This document shows, piece by piece, positions 9,917 to 17,945 of a DNA stretch of 64,000 bases. The position numbers and the translations under genes were made by a program. Position 1 is the first letter of the stretch; each line of letters starts with the position of its first letter. This DNA is from Candidatus Nanoarchaeia archaeon (lineage in GTDB: Archaea; Nanobdellota; Nanobdellia; Pacearchaeales; GW2011-AR1): the NCBI GenBank assembly GCA_041501125.1, contig JBGQNO010000001.1, positions 37,981 to 101,980 of the forward strand, written 5' to 3'. The notes beneath the pieces were generated by a model, which worked only from the letters and a program-made list of their open reading frames with translations, searched no databases and was not told the origin of the DNA.

Positions 9917-11470
9917 TTAACTGAAATCCATAATCTTTATTTTCCCTGTTTTTAGGTTCATGATTGGCACCTTGCAAGGATCTGGCACATTTCCTACTTT
10001 TTCCTCAAACGGCGTTATTGATTGCCAGCAGCTCGAGCATACAATTGCAGTTCCATTATAAAAATCAACATCTGTCCTGTGGAAATCTGCAGTATTAATC
10101 ACATCAGGCACCTCTGATATTACAAGATAGTCCCTCTTTGTATTTGGAATATAAGTCACGAGAGAGTGCATAGAGCCAAGATGCCTTCTCTTTAAGATTT
10201 CCTTGACAACTTTGCTTGGATTCTGGTGAGCCTTGCTCAGTCTAAGGCTGTCAATTTCATTGACAAAATGAATCATGCTCGCTCCGTGGTACATCAAAAT
10301 CCTTACTCCACGCTTGCCAGGCGTGTTCTTGATTTCAATCAGTGCTGGATTGCTTACTAACAGAACATTCTCAAGCTCATAAAGCGGTGCAGCATAATCC
10401 TGCCCAACAGGCGGCTGGGGTTCAGCAACTCTCACGCAGTCGTGCTGTCCCGGGCACATTATTATCTGCACATCCTTTCTGATTGTTTTCAGATAGCTTG
10501 ATAGTTTCTTGTATTGCTCCCTGATATCCTTAATATTAAGAAGCTCTTCCTGGCCAGGGAATACTCCAACTCCATCAACAGTATCACCAGTGATTAAAAG
10601 ATACTTGACTTTTGCAGCTTCTTGTTTTTGCAGTTCACTATCAGACTCTCCATTCAGCCACCTGACAAATTTTGCAAAATTCTCCTCAAGAAAATTCGCA
10701 GAGCCTACATGCACATCAGAAATAAAGGCAACACTCTCGTCCCTGTCAAGCAAAGTTTTTTCCTGCAAAACCGAATCAGGATAAATTATGTCATTGGCAA
10801 AAATAATTTCCTGGTCGCCAAACCCTTTTACACCAATTATGTCATCTATCAGGACATTTTTTGCCTTGTCATATACTTCTTTCTTGTCCTTGTTAATCAA
10901 AACCGAGATTCTGCCAGTTATATCTTCAATATCCAGGAGAATATTCTTGCTCTTTGATACCCTCTTGCTGTAAACCATGCCAATCACCGATATGCTTTGT
11001 CTGTTGGTCGATAACTTGTTGACAGAAGTCAGATTCTCAAGATTCCTGTCCTTCAAAATATTCTTTATCTCATTATATCTTGCTCTGAAATGCTCTGTAA
11101 AATCCTTTGGTTCTATCTTCTTGCATGCAGCAGGCACAGACATCAATACCCGGACATTTCCAAGCCTGCTTTCCTTTTCTGCCTGTTCTTTCTCCTTGTC
11201 CATGACATACTGCTCTCGCGAAATCTCAAAGCTAAGCCCAAAATTTATCTTTATTTTCTCTACAACTTTCTTGTCTGACAATAAATTCTGAATCTTATCT
11301 ACGTTTTTGAATATTGAATTTCTATTTATGACTTTTTCTTTCAAAAGAATGAATTTGTCAATAATGTCTTTTGCTGTCGCTTCTTCAAATCCAGAAAGAA
11401 AATCAAAACTCTCTTTGTCAAGCAAGACACCTTTTTCAATGCAGAATTTTAATATGCCTGTCATGCACAC
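9917..11470 (-). CDS. polB: DNA polymerase D small subunit DP1 (3'-5' exonuclease, calcineurin-like phosphoesterase)
   Basis: 517 aa. Metallophosphoesterase motifs DVHVGS, ITGDTVDGVG, PGQHD. The 1-nt spacer to DP2 and to orc1 indicates an operon. Confidence 0.9.
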   Translation of the reverse strand: MCMTGILKFCIEKGVLLDKESFDFLSGFEEATAKDIIDKFILLKEKVINRNSIFKNVDKIQNLLSDKKVVEKIKINFGLSFEISREQYVMDKEKEQAEKESRLGNVRVLMSVPAACKKIEPKDFTEHFRARYNEIKNILKDRNLENLTSVNKLSTNRQSISVIGMVYSKRVSKSKNILLDIEDITGRISVLINKDKKEVYDKAKNVLIDDIIGVKGFGDQEIIFANDIIYPDSVLQEKTLLDRDESVAFISDVHVGSANFLEENFAKFVRWLNGESDSELQKQEAAKVKYLLITGDTVDGVGVFPGQEELLNIKDIREQYKKLSSYLKTIRKDVQIIMCPGQHDCVRVAEPQPPVGQDYAAPLYELENVLLVSNPALIEIKNTPGKRGVRILMYHGASMIHFVNEIDSLRLSKAHQNPSKVVKEILKRRHLGSMHSLVTYIPNTKRDYLVISEVPDVINTADFHRTDVDFYNGTAIVCSSCWQSITPFEEKVGNVPDPCKVPIMNLKTGKIKIMDFS

Positions 11471-11471
11471 C

Positions 11472-12677
11472 TCAAAGGCTTAATGTTTCCAGTAAAAGTG
11501 CCTTTACTTTCTTGACTTCCTGTTCAGGTATCGCAAGTTTTATCTCCCGTGTTCTTCCGTGTCTGCCTTTGCTGATTACCATTGCAGTGATTATCCCAAC
11601 CATGTCAAACTCAGCTATGATATCTGAGACTCTTCGTGGTGTCAAAGCCTCGACTTTTGACTTCATGCACAAATCACTGTAGACATTAAACACATCTCCT
11701 GTAAATATTTTCTCGTGTCCTTTCTCTACCAAGTCAATAACAGACAGCAACACAAGCTGAAATTGCTTTGGTGCTGTTTCAACAAAACTTTTTATTTTGT
11801 CCTTGTCAATCTTTTCATTTGCAGTGTCAACATGCTCTATTTTTACTTTCTCGCATCCCTCGCGCTCAGCAATATCTCCGGCAACTCTCAAAAGTTCAAG
11901 TGCCCTTCTCGCATCTCCGTGCTCTCTTGCAGCATAAGCAGCGCATTTTGAAATAACTCCATCCTCAACCACATTTTCCTTGAAAGAATCCATGGCTCTG
12001 CCCCTCAAAATCTCCTGAAGCTGCAAAGCATTGTATGGCGGGAATATAATCTCTTCTTCACCAAGAGAACTTCTTACTCTCGGATCAAGAGAATCAATAA
12101 ATTTTAAGTCATTGCTTATGCCAATAATACTTATCTGGCTCTTTGAAAGTTCAGAATTGATTCTTGTAAGATTATAAAGAAAACTGTCAGACATTTTGTT
12201 GACTGCCTGGTCAATTTCATCTAGTATGAGAATAACGTACTGTTTCTCACTTTCCACAATCTCTAAGAATTTATTATAAACCTGGTCTGTCGGAAGGCCT
12301 GTAGAAGGTACATTTCCACCAAGTTTTTTTATAATCTCTGCCAAAATCCTATATTCAGTATCAGAAACCTTTTTCAACTTACAGTTTATGTATTCCATCC
12401 TCAATGAAATGTTCTCTTTCTTTGCTCTCTTAAGCATTTCATTCCTTACATACAAGGTGCTGAGAGTTTTTCCAGTGCCTGTCTGTCCATAAATAAACAA
12501 ATTGCTTGCCCTCTCACCCCTCAAAGCAGGCGCAAGTATCGTAGCTACCTGTTCTATCTGTTTTTCCCTATGAGGAATATTTTCTGGAGTATATTGTGAC
12601 TGCAAAACCGACTTATCCTTAAACAAGCTTTTTTGCGAGAAAGAATCAAAAATTTTGTCTAATTGCATCACCATCAC
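11472..12677 (-). CDS. cdc6: Orc1/Cdc6 replication initiator (AAA+ ATPase with winged-helix C-terminus)
   Basis: 401 aa. Walker A GQTGTGKT, Walker B ILDEID. Classic position upstream of DP1/DP2 and next to an AT-rich origin-like region. Confidence 0.9.
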   Translation of the reverse strand: MMVMQLDKIFDSFSQKSLFKDKSVLQSQYTPENIPHREKQIEQVATILAPALRGERASNLFIYGQTGTGKTLSTLYVRNEMLKRAKKENISLRMEYINCKLKKVSDTEYRILAEIIKKLGGNVPSTGLPTDQVYNKFLEIVESEKQYVILILDEIDQAVNKMSDSFLYNLTRINSELSKSQISIIGISNDLKFIDSLDPRVRSSLGEEEIIFPPYNALQLQEILRGRAMDSFKENVVEDGVISKCAAYAAREHGDARRALELLRVAGDIAEREGCEKVKIEHVDTANEKIDKDKIKSFVETAPKQFQLVLLSVIDLVEKGHEKIFTGDVFNVYSDLCMKSKVEALTPRRVSDIIAEFDMVGIITAMVISKGRHGRTREIKLAIPEQEVKKVKALLLETLSL

Positions 12678-13180
12678 AATCTACCAGTTTTCCTTTTTAA
12701 AAACCTTTATATCATTTGAAGTATATCTCACACCCTCATTTCTCATGGAAACGTTTCCCGACGGTAAAATGAAATATTGTAACTCATAAGTAAAACATTC
12801 GCAAATCCACCTTCATTTCTTTTGGAGCATTATACTATTATATTATATATATTATATTATAGAAAAGCTTATAAATATATAATAAGAAAAATAAAATACA
12901 TTTCTTTATAAATCTTTTTACCTTTTCCACACGAAACCATGGGGAGAGGGTATTATTAGTCAAAACAGCGTTTAAAACAATGCGAACTTTTGAAAATCCC
13001 AGAATACTTGAAAATTTATGTTTATTCTACTTGATTCTGTTAGTTTGCTTATACACTTAATTCAAAATATTTACCAGGCCAACATTCATTAATTCTCACC
13101 TCTTTTTTTGCAATGTGCTAATAATAAAAATACATACTTTTTTATAGAAAAGTTTATAAACAAATTATCTCTACATCTCT
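12678..13180. promoter_or_regulatory. Putative chromosomal replication origin (oriC): ORB-like elements flanking an AT-rich unwinding element
   Basis: About 500 bp non-coding region directly upstream of orc1/cdc6. ORB-like element TCCACACGAAACCATGGGGAGAGGG at 12926-12950 (resembles the archaeal ORB core TCCA..GAAAC plus G-string). A second GAAAC-containing palindrome GGAAACGTTTCC at 12748-12759 in inverted context. Very AT-rich core 12830-12910. Confidence 0.55.
13141..13160 (+). promoter_or_regulatory. Archaeal BRE/TATA promoter for the PRC-barrel gene
   Basis: AAAAGTTTATAAA with TATA centred about 25 nt upstream of the ATG at 13182. A near-identical copy, TAGAAAAGCTTATAAATAT, lies at 12856-12878. 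Confidence 0.4.
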
Positions 13181-13181
13181 A

Positions 13182-13436
13182 ATGGACAAAAAACCATTCT
13201 CATCACTTCTCGGAAAGCTAATAGTAACAAAAGAAGGCAAAAGATTAGGTTACGTGAAGGATATCACATTCGAAACCAAGTCAGGAGAGCTTATACAGCT
13301 TGTTTTGAAGGACCCTTCAGCCTATACAAAGTCATTGAACCTTGAAAAAACACAAGAAAGCGAAACCTTGATACCATGCAATTCAATAATGGCTATTGGC
13401 GATTTCATCGTTGTTTCTGAAGAAGATATAATCTAA
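13182..13436 (+). CDS. PRC-barrel domain protein
   Basis: 84 aa. Pattern GKRLGYVKDITFETKSGELIQLVL...IMAIGDFIVV is typical of archaeal stand-alone PRC barrels. Confidence 0.5.
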   Translation: MDKKPFSSLLGKLIVTKEGKRLGYVKDITFETKSGELIQLVLKDPSAYTKSLNLEKTQESETLIPCNSIMAIGDFIVVSEEDII

Positions 13437-13437
13437 A

Positions 13438-13857
13438 ATGAAAATCATTGGATTTAACTTTACAAAAATTCTAGCTGAGAAAGAAGGGCCTGTAGAAGGC
13501 AAGGTCAATGTCACAATGGGCATTGATATATCACATATGGAAAAACAGAAGCTTTCTGCTATTGGCCAGGACGTAATCAAGGCAGATTTTAACTTCTCAA
13601 TTAAATATGAGAAGATGGCAAATCTCGATTTCAAGGGCGAGATATACTTTACAGCTGAAGAAGAAAAATTAAAGGAAGTCGTAAAGAAATGGAAGGACAA
13701 AAAAGTTCCAGACGATGTCCGGGTCCCGCTGTATAACTTGATTCTCACAAAATGCAATATTCGTGCTCTTGAGCTTGAAGATGAGTTTGGATTGCCAACA
13801 CACGTGCCTTTGCCAAAGGTTTCGAACAAGCAGCCAGAAACAAGTTACGTCAAATAA
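13438..13857 (+). CDS. Hypothetical protein
   Basis: 139 aa ORF starting 1 nt after the PRC-barrel gene (same operon). No recognisable motif. Confidence 0.35.
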   Translation: MKIIGFNFTKILAEKEGPVEGKVNVTMGIDISHMEKQKLSAIGQDVIKADFNFSIKYEKMANLDFKGEIYFTAEEEKLKEVVKKWKDKKVPDDVRVPLYNLILTKCNIRALELEDEFGLPTHVPLPKVSNKQPETSYVK

Positions 13858-13905
13858 GGTTCTTGACAACATAATTTAAATATAGTCTGTTATTTCTAAA
13901 AATAT

Positions 13906-14010
13906 GCTCCCGTCGCATAGCGGTATTGCGCCGGTCTCGAATTAAGCAAGTTCGCTTTCAAGCGAACCGGTTTCCGAAAGGATCTCCAGGTTCGACTCCT
14001 GGCGGGAGCG
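13906..14010 (+). tRNA. tRNA-Ser (anticodon CGA), type II with long variable arm, carrying a ~23-nt intron
   Basis: Acceptor GCTCCCG/CGGGAGC+G. 3-bp D stem. Anticodon stem CCGGT/ACCGG with loop CUCGAA-[intron]-A. Variable arm TCC-GAAA-GGA. T arm CCAGG-TTCGACT-CCTGG. No encoded CCA. Confidence 0.65.
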
Positions 14011-14220
14011 TGTCATATTGTTAGGCTCGCTGATGCTCGTCTTATTTTAAGAATTAATGTAATAAACGAGAAGAAGCTTGAGCAACCATTCTTTAGCTTG
14101 ATGAGGATTGCTGCTTAACCCAGAAGGGTAAAACGTGTTAACATTAATGAACAGCGAGCCATCAGGCGAGCTAAGAAATCAAATCAAAGATTTTATAAAT
14201 CCTCTAATTCTCGTTTTAAC

Positions 14221-14382
14221 ATGGCAGCAACAGCACCCGGACCACAAAAAAGAAAGCTAGACTATAATGTTGACAGGCAGGTTTACGACGAGTTTGTCAA
14301 AGCATGCACAAGGAAAGGTTATGCTCCAAATGTTATCATTGAGCAGATGATGAAGAAATATAATCAAACAGGCCAAATTTAA
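14221..14382 (+). CDS. Small ORF (53 aa), possible ribbon-helix-helix-like DNA-binding protein
   Basis: MAATAPGPQKRKLDYNVDRQVYDEFVKACTRKGYAPNVIIEQMMKKYNQTGQI. Below the ORF-track size cutoff. Basic N-terminus followed by a helix pattern reminiscent of RHH/CopG. Confidence 0.25.
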   Translation: MAATAPGPQKRKLDYNVDRQVYDEFVKACTRKGYAPNVIIEQMMKKYNQTGQI

Positions 14383-14432
14383 GAATAGTAAGAGGTGATT
14401 GCACCTCAGAAGCAGATTCTGAGAAAATTAAA

Positions 14433-15509
14433 ATGCCGATAGATCCAAGAGCAAGAAAACTTGCGCAGCTAGCAGTAAGATATTCTGTAGCTGTAAAGCC
14501 AGAGCAAAAAGTAATAATCTCTGGAGATACAGAAGCGATTCCTTTTTTAATCGAACTATATAAAGAAATAATTCTCCAGAAAGCGCACCCAATTGTCCGC
14601 ATACATTTGCCCGATGTTAACGACTTCTTCTACAAATATGCAACTAAAGAGCAGATAGAGTTTTTTCCAAAATACTGGTTTGACACAATAAAAAAAGCAG
14701 ACGCTTACATTGGTGTTGATACAGATGTCAATACTCGCGAACTGACTTCCTGCGACCCAGCAAAACAATCACAAAGGCAGAAAATAACAAGCCCGATTTC
14801 ACACTATATCTGCAATACAAGAGACAAAATCCGCAGGGTAACAATTGCATTCCCCTGCATTTCGCATGCACAGGACGCTGAGATGTCTTTGAATGAATGG
14901 GAGAATTTTGTTTACACATCATGCCTCATCGACTGGCATGTGTTTGGCAAGCAGCTTGACAAGATAAACAAAATCTTTGAGAAAGGAAAGCAAGTGCATT
15001 TGCTCGGCGAGAATGTTGACTTAAAATTTTCAATTGAGAACAAGAACTCAATAGCTGACAAAGGCGAGGAGAACATGCCTGGCGGAGAGATTTATATGGC
15101 TCCAGTAAGAACAAGCATGAACGGCTGGATTAAATTTGAATATCCTGCAATTTATGCAGGAAAAGAAGTTACAGACATCTCATTAAAATTCAAGGACGGA
15201 AAAGTTATCGAATACAATGCTTCAAAAAACAAGGAAATGCTTAAGTCTGCCCTTGAAACAGACAAGAACTCATGTTATGTAGGTGAATTTGGCATTGGCT
15301 GCAATCCGAATGTCAACAGATTTACCAAGAGCCTCTTGTTCGATGAGAAAATTTCAGGCACAATTCATCTTGCACTAGGCATGGCATACAAAGATAATGG
15401 CGGAGGCAATGACTCTGCAGTGCATTGGGACATTGTTAAGGACATGAGCAAGGCCAAAATCATTCTTGATGGTAATGTCGTTCAAGAAAATGGCAAGTGG
15501 AAAATCTAA
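14433..15509 (+). CDS. Aminopeptidase, M29 (AmpS/aminopeptidase T) family
   Basis: 358 aa. Overall pattern and C-terminal HLALG...HWD metal-binding region resemble thermophilic M29 aminopeptidases. Confidence 0.55.
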   Translation: MPIDPRARKLAQLAVRYSVAVKPEQKVIISGDTEAIPFLIELYKEIILQKAHPIVRIHLPDVNDFFYKYATKEQIEFFPKYWFDTIKKADAYIGVDTDVNTRELTSCDPAKQSQRQKITSPISHYICNTRDKIRRVTIAFPCISHAQDAEMSLNEWENFVYTSCLIDWHVFGKQLDKINKIFEKGKQVHLLGENVDLKFSIENKNSIADKGEENMPGGEIYMAPVRTSMNGWIKFEYPAIYAGKEVTDISLKFKDGKVIEYNASKNKEMLKSALETDKNSCYVGEFGIGCNPNVNRFTKSLLFDEKISGTIHLALGMAYKDNGGGNDSAVHWDIVKDMSKAKIILDGNVVQENGKWKI

Positions 15510-16225
15510 GAGATTCTTCCAACATCTTTCACTTTTCCTAAGTCATACACTTTGTTGCCAACAGCATAAACTTCAAAATTCTTCAAGTCAAGTTTTAAAG
15601 CAAGATTTGTATCTTCCACATAAACATCGCTTCCCTCTGTAAGCGGAAAGAAACTTGGCAGAATCACAATTTCTTTGTCTTTCCATTTTCCTTTAAGAAA
15701 ACATTTAAACGTTTCTCGCTTCGCGCCTCTTGAAATTGTTATTGCAGGATGCTTATGTCCCATGAAAATTCTTTTTACTTTTTTATCCAGCACTTCAGGA
15801 AACATCTTATGCCCGTGAATAAATGCATTTTCTCCTCTAACGTAAAAGTCAACCAGCTCAAGATTCTTTTTCCTCGCAATCGGCTCAAGGATTGTGTCAT
15901 GATTTCCTTTTACAAGCACAATCTTGTCGCAGTATTTGGCAAGAAACTCTAGGAAATCTGTTACTTCTTTCCATTCCTGCCCAGAAACCGAGCTAAACTC
16001 ATGTTTCAAATCTCCGAGTATGATAATTTCTTTAAGTTTTCCAGTTTCATGAAAAATTCTTTCGCAATCAGCAATTATTTTTTTATACTGCTCTCTGGGA
16101 AGCATGAACCCTGAGACATTCAATGCCTGCTCAAATCCTAAATGCAAGTCAGCTATCGCTGCAATTTTCTCTTTGGAAAAATAAACAGCCTTGTCAATAA
16201 ACTCAAAGTCTTTTGTTTGTCTCAT
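15506..16225 (-). CDS. Metallophosphoesterase (calcineurin-like)
   Basis: 239 aa. Motifs IADLHLG, ILGDLKHEF, KGNHD, and GHKHP. Confidence 0.7.
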   Translation of the reverse strand: MRQTKDFEFIDKAVYFSKEKIAAIADLHLGFEQALNVSGFMLPREQYKKIIADCERIFHETGKLKEIIILGDLKHEFSSVSGQEWKEVTDFLEFLAKYCDKIVLVKGNHDTILEPIARKKNLELVDFYVRGENAFIHGHKMFPEVLDKKVKRIFMGHKHPAITISRGAKRETFKCFLKGKWKDKEIVILPSFFPLTEGSDVYVEDTNLALKLDLKNFEVYAVGNKVYDLGKVKDVGRIS

Positions 16226-16443
16226 CCAAAACGGTTTGCCTCAAACCCTTTTAAATATTGCTGGCACGTGGGTTCATATAAGGGGCATTTCAGGCACGCT
16301 TCATTATCAATCCTTTCAGAGTCATAAAAGCAGCCTAAAGCCAGTTCTGGTTGTTTGCCTTTTCCGGTCTCGTCCCTTTCTTTGAGCCTTTTAAGAACTA
16401 TCTGTATAGCTACTCTCGAAATTTTATAAATATCTTTCTCCAT
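16222..16443 (-). CDS. Hypothetical small Cys-containing protein
   Basis: 73 aa ORF overlapping the downstream gene by 4 nt. No recognisable family. Confidence 0.3.
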   Translation of the reverse strand: MEKDIYKISRVAIQIVLKRLKERDETGKGKQPELALGCFYDSERIDNEACLKCPLYEPTCQQYLKGFEANRFG

Positions 16444-16455
16444 TCTAAAAACTCC

Positions 16456-17424
16456 TTACGCAAACAAGTCGCTTAAACTCTCGCCTTCATTAATCCTGTA
16501 AATTGCCTGCGCAAACAAAGGCGCAAAAGAAATCACTTCAACTCCCGTCTCTTTTAATTTTGGGTTTATAATAGTATCGCCGACTATAACAAAATCAAAG
16601 CATTTTCTGACCTTTTCAGAACCTTCAGTAAATAATGCATGCGTGCAATAAACCCCAACCCTCTTTGCCCCCGCTTCTTTTGCTGCACTGCCCGCCTTAA
16701 TCAATGTATTTCCAGAATCAACCATGTCATCAACAATAAGGACATTCTTGTCCTTTACATCGCCGGTAATTTTTAAGTTGCTTATCTCGCCTGCCTTTTG
16801 TCTTGTTTTATACCCAACCACAATGTCTGCATCAGAATTTATCCTTTTTGCAAATGCTTCTGCTCTCTTGCCGCCGCCAGCATCAGGACTCATTACAACA
16901 AGATTATTGATAAAATCCGGATGCTTTTCTTTCAGATAAGTTATTGCATTAGAAAAACTGTATAGATTATCAAAAGGAATATTATAAAATCCTTGGATTC
17001 TCGGGTCATGAACATCAAGTGTCAATGCCCTGTCAGCATACATTCCAATTACATCAGCAATAACCTTTGCACTTATCGGAACTCTTGACTCATCTTTCCT
17101 GTCCTGTCTGCTGAATCTTAAAAAAGGCAGCACAACAGTTATCTCCTGGCTGGACGAGTTTTTTAATGCCTCAAGTATCAATGCCATTTCAAGAAACCAC
17201 TCTTTTGGCTCTTTGCTGGAATCATGTATAAAAAAGCAGTTTTTTCTTCTTACATTTTTCTCTATTTTTGGCTTAATTTCGCCGTCTCTGAACTTTTGAA
17301 TTACAACTTTATTTAATTCAAACTTGTCAGGTGTTTTCATGCTTAACTCTTGATAAACCTTTTCTGCAAAATTCCATGCGCTTCCATTAGGATCAGCAAT
17401 TATCGAGCACTTGTACATAGTCAT
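16456..17424 (-). CDS. prs: Ribose-phosphate pyrophosphokinase (PRPP synthetase)
   Basis: 322 aa. PRPP-binding PRTase motif VLIVDDMVDSGNTL. Mg/ribose-5-P region VVMSPDAGGGKRAEAFA. Confidence 0.85.
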   Translation of the reverse strand: MTMYKCSIIADPNGSAWNFAEKVYQELSMKTPDKFELNKVVIQKFRDGEIKPKIEKNVRRKNCFFIHDSSKEPKEWFLEMALILEALKNSSSQEITVVLPFLRFSRQDRKDESRVPISAKVIADVIGMYADRALTLDVHDPRIQGFYNIPFDNLYSFSNAITYLKEKHPDFINNLVVMSPDAGGGKRAEAFAKRINSDADIVVGYKTRQKAGEISNLKITGDVKDKNVLIVDDMVDSGNTLIKAGSAAKEAGAKRVGVYCTHALFTEGSEKVRKCFDFVIVGDTIINPKLKETGVEVISFAPLFAQAIYRINEGESLSDLFA

Positions 17425-17483
17425 GCTTAAAACAAAGAATTAAGATTTAAAAACAAATCTGTTCTGCAAAATATAACTTTAAT

Positions 17484-17897
17484 CTATGCATACAATTTAA
17501 TCATGCGCTCATTAGTCTTTGTTATAAACACCTTAGCGCATTCCCTGAATACATCAAAATATTTATTTGGTAAAATATACTTAAAAACATACTTAAAATA
17601 TTCTTCAGAGCCCTCTTTATCAAGCTTAAATTTTACTCTTTCTCTGTTGCTAGTGTCTGTTTCAATAAGCCCGTACGCACAGTTTATTGAGAAGAATTCA
17701 TCTGAGTTCAATAATGAATTCTTTTCATGTGATTCCAGCAATATTCCATTTTCTTCTGCCTTGGCTATTGCTGCCTCAAGTCCTGCAATCACAGGATTGA
17801 TAACTGCTGTAAAATCAACAAGACCTTCAAATCGCAAAGCAGACGCAAGTCCTCTGACAAATTTTGTTTTATCAAGACAAACTTTAGTCGGTGGCAT
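17484..17897 (-). CDS. Hypothetical protein
   Basis: 137 aa ORF with no recognisable motif. Confidence 0.3.
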   Translation of the reverse strand: MPPTKVCLDKTKFVRGLASALRFEGLVDFTAVINPVIAGLEAAIAKAEENGILLESHEKNSLLNSDEFFSINCAYGLIETDTSNRERVKFKLDKEGSEEYFKYVFKYILPNKYFDVFRECAKVFITKTNERMIKLYA

Positions 17898-17945
17898 AAC
17901 TTCTATAAAAATGTATAATATTAAAACATTTGTATAGCAAAAGCA

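Noticed and set aside
12830-12910. AT-rich simple repeats (TATTATATTATATATATTATATTATAG) as a possible microsatellite/mobile-element end
   Set aside because: Best interpreted as the duplex-unwinding element of the origin next to orc1. No flanking transposase or terminal inverted repeats.
16724-16939. 71-aa plus-strand ORF inside the prs gene
   Set aside because: Antisense to a strongly supported PRPP synthetase CDS. No motifs.
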